NCBI GenBank assembly: GCA_035539855.1
Contig: DATLHO010000153.1
Location: 2,151-66,150, forward strand
Direction: 5' to 3'
Source: Candidatus Kapaibacterium sp.
GTDB taxonomy: Bacteria > Bacteroidota > Ignavibacteria > OLB7
DNA: 64,000 bases
The notes under the pieces are model-generated. The model worked only from the letters and a program-made list of their open reading frames with translations, had not been told where the DNA came from and did no database searches. A program made the position numbers and the translations under genes. Shown here piece after piece: positions 42,601 through 52,324 of this stretch (positions are counted from its first letter, which is position 1; every line of letters starts with the position of its first letter).

Positions 42601-45600
42601 GAAGTCCAGGTCGAGCACCGTGCGCGAGCCGTGCCCGGCAGCGTTGACCCAGACACCGCTCTCGGCCATTGCCTCCTGCGCCCACCGCGAGTCCTCGTGC
42701 GGCGGCGTCGTTGGGAAGCCCAGGATCGTACGGCGCCAGCGAATCGTGGTGTCGCCCTGGAACCCCTGGTACATCACGTAGTCGCTCGCGAGCGCCTCGG
42801 CGAACGACCGGTTGACCGATACTTCTTCCGCGTTCTCGCCGCCGGCGATGAAGACGACCCGCTTGTTCCACTCCGCCGGCGCGCTCGTGTCGTACTCGAT
42901 GATCTTGTCGACCATCACGTCGCCGTCGCGCGGGGTCATCGCGGGGATTCGCCCGATGAACTGGTTGAACGACGAGCCGACGTCGAATGACCAGCGCTCG
43001 ATCGCCGTGTCGGCAAGACCGCGGAACGGCATCGTGTACCAGTAGTCCGACGCTGGCTCGCCGAAGGTCGGCACGTAGTCGATCATCTTGGATTTGAGCG
43101 TGCGACGCTGCGGATCGGCAGAGGCGTCGCCGAAGAGGATCACATAGCCGGGAGCCGGCGCCGCCCAGTTCGAGTCGGCGTACTGCAGAAACGAGCGTAT
43201 CGGAAGTTGATGCTTCACGCCCGAGCCGAACTCGTCGTACACGTCGTTGACGTCGACGACGCGCACGGCGAAGTCGCGCGCTCCGGCCGGGGCGTGCGCT
43301 CTGCGATGCGCCGCCAAACGCTCGGCCTGGTCTCTGAACGCGGGATGCGTGATGATGATGAGGTCCGCACGATTGTCCGAGCCGACGAGCTCGTCCCGTC
43401 GATGGTAGCGCACGGCGGGTGTCACCTCGGCGCCGAGCACGAACTCCTCGCCCGGATCACCGGCGACGGTGAAGACGGCACGGTACCGATTCCCCTGGTC
43501 GCTCGGCAGCCATTCGTCGAGCGTGACGCCGCGACTCTCGAAGCCCGTCATCGGCGCGTACTCCTCGCGCGCGCTCGACAGGTCTCCCTTGCGGGCGACG
43601 AAGGCCCACGCCGCGTAGTCGCGCCCCTGCCGCGTCGCCACGGTACTGCCGAGTGCGGTCAGTGCGGCATCGAGCTGCGCCGGGATCGGATTGAGCCCGA
43701 AGCCGTGCGAGGTGCCCGCGACGATGAAGTTCCCGCTGCTCACGCCCTCGAGGAACGCCGCCGCGCGCGTCAGCTCGGCGGCATCGTTGAACGTTCGGAA
43801 AGCATCGCGTCGCACGATCGTGCCGGCCGCGTCGAGCTCGACCATGACGAGACCGAGGAAGAACGTGCCGCTGGCGACGAGAGAGTCGCCGAAGGTTGCC
43901 GAGAAGCCGTAGTTGGCGCGGTCGCCGCCGGCGTAGTACGTCCGCGACGACATCCGGAAATGCAGGCCGGGCGTCGCGCCCGAGTCGATGACCACGCGCG
44001 TGCGTGCGCTCATCGCGTGCGTCGCCGGCGCGGGTAGGCCGTTGAGCCGGACGCGCATCGGCGCACCGGTCGTCGCGCTGCTCGGGATCGTGAACCGCGG
44101 ACTGGCCTCGGTCGTCGACGCGCGCCACGGTCCGCGCAGCTCGAACCAGTCTAGCAGAAGCCGGTACTGCACGTCGCCCTCGTGCAGGATGAAGATCTTC
44201 AGCGTGTTGCGTCCGTTGACGAGGAAGTGCGCTGGAACCGTCACGTCGATCGTCGTGTCGCTGCGCGGCGGCAGCATGAACGAGCCGGCACGCCCGTAGT
44301 CGTTGAGCACGAGGTCGATCGGCGTCGCCTGCGTCGCCGCGTTGGCGATGCGCACGCGCAGCGCGTAGGAGCCGTTGGGCTGGAGCGCCGGCGCGCAATT
44401 GAACGTGAAGCTCTCGTTGCGCGCACCCGAGCCCCGAAAGTCGTACCAGACGAAGCCTTCGCCCGGCACGCGCTCGGAGACGTGCACCGTCCTGATGTCA
44501 CCACCCCATTCCTTCCCGCCTTCCTGGCCCTTTTCAGGCTCCGGCATCGACATGCCGATGAAGTACGTCAGCTCCTGCTCGAAGTGCAGCGTCGAGTCAT
44601 ACGCGCGCATGGCGGGCGCGTCCGCCGACAGCGCGACGTCGGCGATGCGCAGCGGTTCTCCGGCACGACCGTCCCACGACAGGACGTACGCGTTCGTGTC
44701 GGTTACCGCATCGTAGTAATCGGGCCAGCTCGAGTCGCCGCCGAAGAAGTCGCCATCGATGCCGCGGTTGCGCTCGCCCGGGAACTCGACGAAGTCGGCG
44801 CCGTCGAACCTGCCGTTCGCGTCGACGTCTCCGACATGGATCGGGCGCGACTGGCCGCGATGCTGCAGCGCGAGCAACGCGACAGGCGTGCCTGCGAGTG
44901 ACGTTGCACTCTCGGTGAGCTCGGCGGCGGAGACGCGATAGATGCCGTCGCGCGGGACGAGCAGGATCATCGCCTCTCCGATCCCCCAGCCGACAGTGCC
45001 CGATTGCAGCGTAGCACGCGATGCGCGACCTCGCCAGCTCTTCGCCTGCGCATAGTTGACGACGAGCGCCGCGAGCGCGTGGTCGATCCCCGCGGACTCG
45101 ACGACGGACTCCTTCGCGAGTCCCGTCGGAATGCCGCTCCACGTGAGCGCGATCGTGAACGCCGTGTCGACGGCGACGGTCGTGCCGGAGATGCGGATCG
45201 GATCGTAGGTCAGGGTGATGGTCGACAGTCCGCGGATCGAGCGCAGGGCGCCGATGCCGACACCCTGCCGTGCGGTCCCGTTCATCACTGGAGCTTCGAG
45301 CGGCATTGCCATGCTCGCCACGTCGGTCATCGCCGTGCGAAAGCCGGCGACGCCCGGAGGCACCGCGACGGTCAACTGAAGCGACGGCGCGGCGAGCGAA
45401 TCGCGCTGAAGGGCATGCCGCGAAGCGTTGTGGGCGAGGCGAACCGCAGCTCCCTCACGCATCAGGTCGGCGCGCAGTTCGGAGATCCGCAGCACGACGC
45501 CGCTCGCGTCACTGCGCACGACGCTGACGCGCGCCTGCGCCGACGGCACAACGGACTGCGCGTGCAGCACAGTCGCCGCGGCCAGTAGAAGAACGAGACT

Positions 45601-45624
45601 GAGGAGGAAGCCCGGAAATCTCAT
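39637..45624 (-). CDS. Giant (~1995 aa) secreted C25-family (gingipain/PorU-like) cysteine peptidase with a T9SS (Por) C-terminal sorting domain.
   Basis: It has a signal peptide (MRFPGFLLSLVLLLAAATVLHAQS). A central C25 block follows (DLIIITHPAF…VVDVNDVYDEF…IRSFLQY…YVILFGD), with the catalytic His (AAGHGS) and Cys (GTFSCQTG) intact. The C-terminal ~80 aa match a T9SS CTD (NYPNPF…GEIAIYTVAGRRI…GVYLYRL…KLVVMR). The start was set at the internal Met at 45624. Confidence 0.8.
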   Translation of the reverse strand: MRFPGFLLSLVLLLAAATVLHAQSVVPSAQARVSVVRSDASGVVLRISELRADLMREGAAVRLAHNASRHALQRDSLAAPSLQLTVAVPPGVAGFRTAMTDVASMAMPLEAPVMNGTARQGVGIGALRSIRGLSTITLTYDPIRISGTTVAVDTAFTIALTWSGIPTGLAKESVVESAGIDHALAALVVNYAQAKSWRGRASRATLQSGTVGWGIGEAMILLVPRDGIYRVSAAELTESATSLAGTPVALLALQHRGQSRPIHVGDVDANGRFDGADFVEFPGERNRGIDGDFFGGDSSWPDYYDAVTDTNAYVLSWDGRAGEPLRIADVALSADAPAMRAYDSTLHFEQELTYFIGMSMPEPEKGQEGGKEWGGDIRTVHVSERVPGEGFVWYDFRGSGARNESFTFNCAPALQPNGSYALRVRIANAATQATPIDLVLNDYGRAGSFMLPPRSDTTIDVTVPAHFLVNGRNTLKIFILHEGDVQYRLLLDWFELRGPWRASTTEASPRFTIPSSATTGAPMRVRLNGLPAPATHAMSARTRVVIDSGATPGLHFRMSSRTYYAGGDRANYGFSATFGDSLVASGTFFLGLVMVELDAAGTIVRRDAFRTFNDAAELTRAAAFLEGVSSGNFIVAGTSHGFGLNPIPAQLDAALTALGSTVATRQGRDYAAWAFVARKGDLSSAREEYAPMTGFESRGVTLDEWLPSDQGNRYRAVFTVAGDPGEEFVLGAEVTPAVRYHRRDELVGSDNRADLIIITHPAFRDQAERLAAHRRAHAPAGARDFAVRVVDVNDVYDEFGSGVKHQLPIRSFLQYADSNWAAPAPGYVILFGDASADPQRRTLKSKMIDYVPTFGEPASDYWYTMPFRGLADTAIERWSFDVGSSFNQFIGRIPAMTPRDGDVMVDKIIEYDTSAPAEWNKRVVFIAGGENAEEVSVNRSFAEALASDYVMYQGFQGDTTIRWRRTILGFPTTPPHEDSRWAQEAMAESGVWVNAAGHGSRTVLDLDFGMPEEIDNGSRYFVLGTFSCQTGAFSEVESSLRNEDFLKAPRRGAIATYGSTGWSYQSMNNQTVGLALAYFTYDSVRALGALTTIAKWSLFGGAEEAWWHQGYEGFRARNHLMQYTLLGDPSQDLKVSRKRELGFQNLSLANATGGALSVTDSAATVRVDLFNYGRPILAIDGDGDTAITVVGTIIGPDRTERTDTVIVERLGRSQSVTLTLPLDGKPGDYTIRIEADPLMQVDESYRADNVIVQVVPVRGNQPLTLEPVSFGRVAGYDDVVIRLLNPASGGGAELTVDTVPTFDAAPFTSATVGSMTTDDLTTTWTFSIPSELRGARRFWWRAISTTGDIEIARRFPLIETFTVEPAARAEFLMGGRLQMAGRTENLVNADDGVGPGSRRARLVAEAVGQSRYANGDLISDTKIDIYVEDGSGTKRRLSNQNRAGLQIAVLEPETLELIPDFYVNYVFFENGPMIDSAVRFIATIPAGHPVVVGTNGRSFDGLRESAALREALASLGAVFDVDSIGNDDSYVLIGGRDMPRSQAWVYGDSLARARRTGVQYAKVSTDMEFFIRPSPGVMTTPTIGPATAWRTARLGFGDAGARPVVTIVGVRRDGVRDSLASADAVGDIDLGFVDVARYPRLELRTRFAQDSTTRLRSIEVDFEPSPELAIVPRSIDLDRDSVLQGDPARLSLTVVNLSRRYGADSVGVALRHRSVGEWREIDALPVTIAPMERREVAFDLATDRFGASNAFIVQLNPTDDPAEPYRHNNTDTASMRAGFDTTRPRLAVYADGVRVMDGDFVSPMARFELRLFDNSRLRIADSTAIGMFLDLVEITLDSGAQFDPAPGGDARASFVYTPPAPGLENGEHTITYMARDASGNRTESEFVRFQVERALRIVEAVNYPNPFRERTEFTFGVAGGSQPTGGEIAIYTVAGRRIKSIPLGPADVHLGFNHIEWDGLDDDRDPLANGVYLYRLMIESADGKVEVIEKLVVMR

Positions 45625-45715
45625 GCGCTCAGGAGGATGGGTGTACCACGGCGCGTGCCGGGCCAACGATTCTGAGACGTAGCGGCGGCGAAGATGTTGG
45701 CGGGCGGTGATCGAG

Positions 45716-47053
45716 TCAATTCCTTTGACCGTCCGTTCCTGGCTGCGACGCGCGCGCCGCCCTCGCAGGCCAGGCACCGGGCAGGAACGAGCCGAGAACG
45801 AGCGGGAACGCGAGAAAGAGCTGCAGGCGGTCGGCGACGACCGGACTGGTGAAGCCGCCGACGATCACGGTGATCGTCGTTGCAAGCAGCCAGAGCGACG
45901 CGAATCGATCGAGCGGCCGCCGTGCCGCGGCAACGGTTCGCAGGTTCATGCGCAGCACGGCCCAGAACATCGCCGCCCACGCGAGCAGTCCCAGGATCCC
46001 CGCGCGCAGCAGTGTGTACATGTAGATGTTGTGCGGCATCAGCGAGCTGACGTTGTCGAACTCGATCGCCGTCGCGTTGCGGGTGATGGTCCCCATCGGC
46101 CAGCCGGTCAGCGGCCGCTCCATGATCATCACGCTGACATTGTAGAGCTCGAGCAGACGGTAGGCCGAGGAGCCCTCCTTCGAGGGATCGGAGACGGAGC
46201 TGGTGACGCGCTCGCCGAAGTCCACCCCGAGTGTCATGACCACCGCGGCGGACGCGACGACGAAGAGCGTCGACAGGACGATCGCGGCGCGGCGCTCGCG
46301 GCCGCGGAGCTTGAGGATGAGCACCGGAAGCGCGATGGCGATGCCGAGCATATACGAGCGGCGCATCGAGGCCATGAACATGATCGTCGCGATCGGCAGT
46401 AGCCAGACGAGCACGCGGCGGATCCGCGCGTACGTCTCGTCGCCGTCGGCGCGAATCAATAGCGCGACCACTCCGCCGACGGCCATCATCGCCAGCAGCA
46501 GGCCGTCGCGCCAGCTCGTCAGAAGTCCCCAGGCAATCCCCCACTTCAGCCAGATCGCCAGGCCCTCGACGAATCGGTACGATCCCGCCAGGATGATCAT
46601 CCAGATCATCACCGGCACCTCGGATCGCCTGAACAGGAAGAGGTACAGGAAGAACGTGGCGACGAAGACCGGCATGTACAGGAGCTCGAGAGGCAGACGG
46701 ATTCCGCCCTCGACCGCGAACATGTGCAGCAGCGGATACAGGCAGCAGACGATGCCGACGATCGTCATGCTCCGGGAGACCGGCGAGCGCTCGAACCAGT
46801 AATCGCCGATCGCGATGCGCCGCATCATCTCGAGTCCGAGGATCACCAGCAGCAGCACCTCGATGAACGAGAACGCGTTGCCGACGATGGGTTCGAGAAA
46901 CCACAGTCTCAGTGGCGAATCGTCGACGCGGGCGCCGTAGCCGAGTGTCAGGACGACGACCGCCACGATGAACAGACGGACCGGGTCGGCGAAGTAATCG
47001 CTGACGACCCGTGACGGCGCGGCATAGGCGGTATTCGCGGCGACGGTCCTCAC
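45716..47053 (-). CDS. O-antigen ligase / Wzy-like polysaccharide polymerase (multi-transmembrane).
   Basis: About 11 predicted transmembrane helices with a larger periplasmic loop near the C-terminus, typical of the Wzy_C/O-antigen ligase family. The start overlaps the GT4 stop (ATGA). Confidence 0.65.
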   Translation of the reverse strand: MRTVAANTAYAAPSRVVSDYFADPVRLFIVAVVVLTLGYGARVDDSPLRLWFLEPIVGNAFSFIEVLLLVILGLEMMRRIAIGDYWFERSPVSRSMTIVGIVCCLYPLLHMFAVEGGIRLPLELLYMPVFVATFFLYLFLFRRSEVPVMIWMIILAGSYRFVEGLAIWLKWGIAWGLLTSWRDGLLLAMMAVGGVVALLIRADGDETYARIRRVLVWLLPIATIMFMASMRRSYMLGIAIALPVLILKLRGRERRAAIVLSTLFVVASAAVVMTLGVDFGERVTSSVSDPSKEGSSAYRLLELYNVSVMIMERPLTGWPMGTITRNATAIEFDNVSSLMPHNIYMYTLLRAGILGLLAWAAMFWAVLRMNLRTVAAARRPLDRFASLWLLATTITVIVGGFTSPVVADRLQLFLAFPLVLGSFLPGAWPARAARASQPGTDGQRN

Positions 47054-48339
47054 GTGGCAATGAGCTCCTCGGTCTCGTGACGCAGCGTCCGTCCGGCGAG
47101 CTCCTCGATGAGCTCGACGGTGCGGCGGACGAAGGCATCGACCGAATACTCGTGGAGCGCGCGCTCTCGTCCGATGCCGACGCGGCGTGCGACCTCATCG
47201 GGCTCGTCGAGCAGCCGCTCGAGCGTCGCGAACAGGGCGTCGACGTCGTCGGCCGGGTAGATGAAGCCGCCATCGCCGATTACCGCGGGGATCTCTCCGC
47301 TCGAGGATCCGACGACCGGCGTCTCGACGAGCATCGCCTCGGCGAGCACGCGTCCGAACTGCTCGCACCAGGCGGCGCGCGACGGCAGCACGAACGCGTC
47401 CGCGGCGCACATCCAGGTGCGGATCTGCTCGTTGGCGACCGAGCCTCGCAGCTCGATGCGATCGCCCGCGCCGCTCGTATCGGCGCGCGCGCGAAGGACG
47501 ACGTCGTGTTCGCCGGCGCCCAGCAGCACGAGCCGCATCGGCCGCTCCGGACGCGTCAGCGCGAGTCGCGCGAAGGCGTCGACGAGGTCGTCGAGTCCCT
47601 TGAGCTCGAGCAGGCGGCCGGCATAGAGAACGATGAACTCGTCGACGGCCAGGCCGAGCGCAACCCGCGCCTCGTCGCGCGGAATCCGCGTGAAGAGCGA
47701 CTCGTCGACACCGAAGAAATTCGTCCGGGCGGCGGTGAAGCCCTCGGCGTGCAGGGCGCGCGTGGCAGCGTCGTTGATGCACATCGCGGCGTCGAACCGT
47801 TCGTGCATCGTGCGCGCGAGCCAGCGGAAGAAGAATGCCGGCCGATACCACAGCCGGTCGTACGGCATGATCCAGCAGGCGTAGAAGGCCACGCGCGCCG
47901 TCGGAGCGTAGATCCGGCGCAAGGCCTCGATCTGCACGGCGAACGACGAGAACGCCTCCTCCATCAGCACGATCACCTCTGGTCGGGACTCGCGCATCGC
48001 ACGGGCGACTCCCGAGAGGTAGATCGAGCGCACTTCACGACCCGGGAACGTGACCCGACCGACGACCGTGCGATACGGCTCGTCCGGCTCGGACGCGTGA
48101 ACGTTCCACTGCGAGTTCTCCGGCCAGGCATGCGGCGACAGCAGCGTCAGGTCGATGTTCGCCATGCGCGCGACGCGCGTCCACCGGCGGCGCACGCTCG
48201 CGACCGGCGCGACGTGGTCGACCACGAGGACGCGCAGCGCTCGCGCCGTGGGCTCGCCGGTACGCACGGTATGCGCCCGTGCCGTGCGCTCTCTGGCGCC
48301 CACCAGTGGCTCGCTCGACCTGTGCTCGCTGGCGCTCAT
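47050..48339 (-). CDS. Family 4 glycosyltransferase (GT-B).
   Basis: The C-terminal GT4 motif (E…F/LPS……EQFGRVLAEAM…PVVGS) and an N-terminal Rossmann strand (LRVLVVDH). Confidence 0.8.
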   Translation of the reverse strand: MSASEHRSSEPLVGARERTARAHTVRTGEPTARALRVLVVDHVAPVASVRRRWTRVARMANIDLTLLSPHAWPENSQWNVHASEPDEPYRTVVGRVTFPGREVRSIYLSGVARAMRESRPEVIVLMEEAFSSFAVQIEALRRIYAPTARVAFYACWIMPYDRLWYRPAFFFRWLARTMHERFDAAMCINDAATRALHAEGFTAARTNFFGVDESLFTRIPRDEARVALGLAVDEFIVLYAGRLLELKGLDDLVDAFARLALTRPERPMRLVLLGAGEHDVVLRARADTSGAGDRIELRGSVANEQIRTWMCAADAFVLPSRAAWCEQFGRVLAEAMLVETPVVGSSSGEIPAVIGDGGFIYPADDVDALFATLERLLDEPDEVARRVGIGRERALHEYSVDAFVRRTVELIEELAGRTLRHETEELIAT

Positions 48340-49637
48340 CAGTTGCGGCTCTGCTCGCCGCCGGCGGCAATGCGCCTGCGGCGCCGGCCGCCCAGGGCCT
48401 CACGCAGCGCCATGACGCGCTCGGGATCAACCGCCTGCGACTGTCGACGGAACGCCTCGACGATGAACACGCCGACGATTCCCGCGATGATCAATGCCGG
48501 AAACGCCACGAGCATCGTGATCGTCCGACGCGGCGCCGAGCGGAACTCCGGCGGCACGGCAGCGTCGAGCGCGCTGACCGTCGGCAGATCACGCGCCTCC
48601 TGCACCTCCTCCTGATGGTACTGCGCCTCGAGGAACGTGTACACCTGGGTGGCGACCTCGAGATCGAGCTTGAGCGTCGCGTAGTCCTTTGCCAGATCGG
48701 GGACGTTGCGCATGTCGAGCGCGAACGGCGCCGAGCCGGTGCTGCCGCTGGAGACGCGGTTCTTCTGCTGCGCGAGCTGGCGCAGGCGCGCCTCGAGCAT
48801 CTTCACCTGCGGCGTCGCCTCGGTCAGCTCGCTCTGCGCGGCGCGCAGCTCGAGCTCGGTCTTCTGCACCTGCGCCTCGATCTCGGCCAGCGCCGTGACC
48901 GACGCCTCGACCTGCTTGTCGAGCGCGATCGCCTTGTTCGCGCGCTGGAACTGCATCATCGCGACCTGCGCCTGGTCCATCTCCTTGCGCTTGATCGTCT
49001 TCATTCGACCGATGAACTCGCGCGATCGCCGCGCGCTCGAGATGTTCTTCTCGCGATTGAAGCGATCGAGCAGGTCGATCGACGCGTTGACAACGTCCGC
49101 GGCGAAGCGCGCGGCCTCACGCTGCTCGTCCTTCGACGGCATGTAGCCGGTCTTCGCGTTGTAGGTGATCTCGATCATCCCCTCGCGATCGGAGCTCGCG
49201 TCGAGCTCCCCGCGCAGTCGCGTGCGGGCCAGCTCGTACTGTCCCGGGGCAAGCCCGTAGCGCTCGATCAGATTGAACCGGCGCACGAGGCTGTCGGCGA
49301 GCGTGCGCGAGCCGAGCATCTTGACGAAGATCTCCGCCGAGCCGTTCTTGCCGAGCGACTGCAGGTCGAGCCCGGCGCTCTTGCCGATCAGGTCGGTGAA
49401 GCTGACACCCTTCTGCTGCTCCGGCGGCATGAGCGTCGCCGACGCGCTGTAGGTCTGCGGCTGCACCGAGGTATAGCCGATCACGACCGCCATGCCGAGC
49501 ACGACGAACGCGACGAGCTTCCAGCGATGACGCGCGAGGATGATCAGGTAATCGTAGACGTGCGCACGCGGCGGCGGCTCGCCGGCAAGGGCGATCTCGT
49601 GTCCGTTGTTCATCAGGGGGCTCTCGCTTGCGTTCAT
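48339..49637 (-). CDS. Polysaccharide chain-length determinant (Wzz/GumC-like PCP) without a kinase domain.
   Basis: An N-terminal transmembrane helix, a long coiled-coil periplasmic domain, and a C-terminal transmembrane helix (ITMLVAFPALIIAGIVGVFIV). Confidence 0.7.
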   Translation of the reverse strand: MNASESPLMNNGHEIALAGEPPPRAHVYDYLIILARHRWKLVAFVVLGMAVVIGYTSVQPQTYSASATLMPPEQQKGVSFTDLIGKSAGLDLQSLGKNGSAEIFVKMLGSRTLADSLVRRFNLIERYGLAPGQYELARTRLRGELDASSDREGMIEITYNAKTGYMPSKDEQREAARFAADVVNASIDLLDRFNREKNISSARRSREFIGRMKTIKRKEMDQAQVAMMQFQRANKAIALDKQVEASVTALAEIEAQVQKTELELRAAQSELTEATPQVKMLEARLRQLAQQKNRVSSGSTGSAPFALDMRNVPDLAKDYATLKLDLEVATQVYTFLEAQYHQEEVQEARDLPTVSALDAAVPPEFRSAPRRTITMLVAFPALIIAGIVGVFIVEAFRRQSQAVDPERVMALREALGGRRRRRIAAGGEQSRN

Positions 49638-49658
49638 CGGTTCAGGTCGGACTGGTCA

Positions 49659-51314
49659 CTAGTTCGCGTTGCTTGCGCGGATGCTCACGACGACGGCAAT
49701 GATCGTCGCGACCTGTGCCGCAATCGTCATCACCGTCGTGAAGCCCTCCCAGAACTCCGCCGGCTTTTCCTCCGGAACCCAGATCTGGTCGCCCGGCTCG
49801 AGCCGGTAGCTGTCGTCGTTGGAGGCGAGAAAGACCTCGCCCGATCCTTCCTTGACGATCTCGGTCGCTCCATCGTCTGCGCGCCAGCCGAATCCGCCGG
49901 CGAGCTCGACATACTCACGGTAGGTCATTCCCTCGTGATAGGTGACCGCACCGGGGTTGTTGACCTTGCCTGCCACGCGAATGACGCCCTTGGTCTCCGG
50001 CACGTGTACCGAGTCATTGTCCATGAGGACGAGATTCTCCGACTGGTCGCCGCGCATCAGCGCGGCGAAGTCGACGGTCATCTCGCCCGGGCGGTTGAGC
50101 TCGCGGATCTTCTGGCGGCGGTAATCGATCTCCTCGCGTGAACGCTTCTCCGGGTCGATCTCGTTGATCGACGCCAGGCGTGGATCAGGTTCGCCGGCGA
50201 GTCTCCGACGGAACAGCGACGCGTTGTCGAGCGATGCATCGGGAGTGACGCCTCCCGCCTGCTGCAGGACGTCGTACAGACGCGTGCGGCCGCGTTCGAT
50301 CGCATAGGAGCCCGGGAACGCGACCTCGCCGGTGACCACGACGCGGTCGGTCTTGCGGAAGCTGCCGATGCCGCGAACGAACACGCGGTCGCCAGGACGC
50401 AGCGCGCGGTCGTCGCTGACGGAGCCGTCGGCCCCCAGGCGGTGGATCGATCGCTCGACGACGACGCCGCTCTCGTCGACGCTGACGACTTCGACCGAAT
50501 CGCGATCGGCGTCGGCGGTCGGTCCCATCGCGTAGCGGATGATCGAGGAGATCGAATCGCGCTCGTTGAAGGTGTACTCGCCCTCTCGCTGGACGGCGCC
50601 GAAGACCTGGACGATCGCGTTCTCGTCCTGGAACGGAACGATGACGACGTCGCCGTCCTCGAGCGGCGGGTTGGCCGTGCGCTCACCGAGACTGTAGAAC
50701 GGCAGCAGGTCGACCATCGAGGTCCGTCCGTCGGCGTGGCGCACGCTGATGCGGCGCATCTCGGCCTGCGACGAGGCCCCGCCGGCAAGCGCGATCGCTT
50801 CGCTGACGCGGGTCGTCGGCGCGGCGACGATCGCACTCGGCGTCAGCACAGCGCCGGTGACGTTGACCTTGAACTTGCGCATCCGTCGCAGCGCGACCGC
50901 GACGCTCGCCGAGTGGTAGGTGCGCGCGACGGCATCGGCGACCGCGCGCTCGACCTGGCTGAGCGTCCTGCCGCGGACGTCGACCGCGCCGACGCCCTGG
51001 ATCAGCAGCCGCCCGTCGGGGCTGACCTCGAGGTCCTGCTGGATCGGCCTGGCCGAGACGATCGAGATCGTCAGGACGTCCGCCGGACCGACCCGATAGA
51101 CGTTCGGATCGATCGGACCTTCGTAGAGGCCCGAGGTCTCCTCGGTCCGGATCCGTCCCTCCCGCAGCGCCGTCGTATCGACCGGCGCGGGGTCGCCGGT
51201 CGTGCCGGGATAGCGCGGACCGTCGCCGGTGACGATCTGGGCGCGGAGCGTTCCGGTAACCGTGAGGAGGAGCGCGATGCCGAGGATGAGGCGCAGTCGA
51301 CGGTAGGAAGTCAT
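49659..51314 (-). CDS. Polysaccharide export outer-membrane protein (Wza-like; Poly_export plus SLBB repeats).
   Basis: A signal peptide, then a Poly_export motif (YRVGPGDVL…I……VSPDG.I..P.VG.V.V.G.T) and repeated SLBB-like units. The start was set at the internal MTSYRRL. Confidence 0.8.
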   Translation of the reverse strand: MTSYRRLRLILGIALLLTVTGTLRAQIVTGDGPRYPGTTGDPAPVDTTALREGRIRTEETSGLYEGPIDPNVYRVGPADVLTISIVSARPIQQDLEVSPDGRLLIQGVGAVDVRGRTLSQVERAVADAVARTYHSASVAVALRRMRKFKVNVTGAVLTPSAIVAAPTTRVSEAIALAGGASSQAEMRRISVRHADGRTSMVDLLPFYSLGERTANPPLEDGDVVIVPFQDENAIVQVFGAVQREGEYTFNERDSISSIIRYAMGPTADADRDSVEVVSVDESGVVVERSIHRLGADGSVSDDRALRPGDRVFVRGIGSFRKTDRVVVTGEVAFPGSYAIERGRTRLYDVLQQAGGVTPDASLDNASLFRRRLAGEPDPRLASINEIDPEKRSREEIDYRRQKIRELNRPGEMTVDFAALMRGDQSENLVLMDNDSVHVPETKGVIRVAGKVNNPGAVTYHEGMTYREYVELAGGFGWRADDGATEIVKEGSGEVFLASNDDSYRLEPGDQIWVPEEKPAEFWEGFTTVMTIAAQVATIIAVVVSIRASNAN

Positions 51315-51561
51315 CGAATAGGGTTCAGAGGCTGTTCGGACCACGGACGCGGTGTCGTCCGGCGGGCGCGGGCGCCCGTTCGAAGACACCGCGCGCGGAT
51401 ACAGTTTCATAAGGTACACCCCGGTGAGGGACGGACGCAAGGATTCAGGGGTGCCCCCCGCCGGCTGGGAGTCGTCGTTGTCGAGACGGCTCCAAGACAA
51501 GAGTGCGAACCGGCGGGCGCCGATTCGCACTCGAAGTAACCACCGGTCGGCTCCTCGTCGA

Positions 51562-52317
51562 TCAGGAGACGATCGCCTTGAGGTACTGCCGGCGCATGCG
51601 CGCGATCGAGGTGATCGAGATCTCCTTCGGACAGACCGCCTCGCACTCACCGAAGTTCGAGCAGTCGCCGAAGCCCTCGGTCTCCATCTGATCGACCATC
51701 CGCACGACGCGGCGCTTTGCCTCGGACTCGCCCTGCGGAAGCAGCGAGAGCTGCGAGATCTTCGCCGCAGTGAACAGTGCGGCCGAGCCGTTCGGGCACG
51801 CCGCGACGCAGGCGCCGCAGCCGATACACGCGGCGTAATCCATCGCCTCGTCGGCGGCGGCCTTCGCGATCGGCAGCGAGTTCGCGTCGACCGCGTTGCC
51901 GGTGTTGACCGAGACGTAGCCGCCGGATGCGATGATCCGATCGAGCGCCGAGCGGTCGACGACCAGGTCGCGAAGGACCGGGAAGGCCGTCGCGCGCCAG
52001 GGCTCGATCACCACCGTGTCGCCGTCGCGGTAGTGCCGCATGTGAAGCTGGCAGACGGCCGTCCCCTTCCAGGGACCGTGCGCCTCGCCGTCGATCACCA
52101 TGCTGCACGAGCCGCAGATGCCCTCGCGACAGTCGTTGTCGAACTCGATCGGCATCTCTCCGTTGGAGATGAGCTTCTCGTTCAACAGATCGAGCATCTC
52201 CAGAAAGGACATGTGCGGGTTGACCGCCTCGAGCGTGTAGGGCACAAGCTTACCAGGAGCAGTTGGAGCCTCCTGACGCCACACCTTCAGTTTCAGAGTC
52301 ATTCCGTGGTCTGTCAT
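51562..52317 (-). CDS. sdhB: Succinate dehydrogenase/fumarate reductase iron-sulfur subunit.
   Basis: The 2Fe-2S cysteines (CREGICGSC), the 4Fe-4S cysteines ([12 protein letters not shown]) and the 3Fe-4S cysteines (C…CPK). Confidence 0.9.
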   Translation of the reverse strand: MTDHGMTLKLKVWRQEAPTAPGKLVPYTLEAVNPHMSFLEMLDLLNEKLISNGEMPIEFDNDCREGICGSCSMVIDGEAHGPWKGTAVCQLHMRHYRDGDTVVIEPWRATAFPVLRDLVVDRSALDRIIASGGYVSVNTGNAVDANSLPIAKAAADEAMDYAACIGCGACVAACPNGSAALFTAAKISQLSLLPQGESEAKRRVVRMVDQMETEGFGDCSNFGECEAVCPKEISITSIARMRRQYLKAIVS

Positions 52318-52324
52318 GGCTCAC

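Noticed and set aside
39568-42990. A 1140-aa ORF on the plus strand, and many other 200-600-aa ORFs antisense to called genes (e.g. 7015-8421, 13929-15323, 17255-18643, 27671-28993, 31373-32992, 45621-47273, 48279-50141, 52667-54283).
   Set aside because: All are Arg/Asp/Ala-rich translations of the antisense or alternative frame of well-supported genes in a 68% GC genome. None has recognisable motifs. They are a GC-richness artefact.
51503-51530. A hairpin (gtgcgaa…ttcgcac, 14-nt loop) downstream of sdhB, as a possible terminator.
   Set aside because: The stem is short (7 bp) with a large loop and no clear U-tract. It is too weak to call as a feature.
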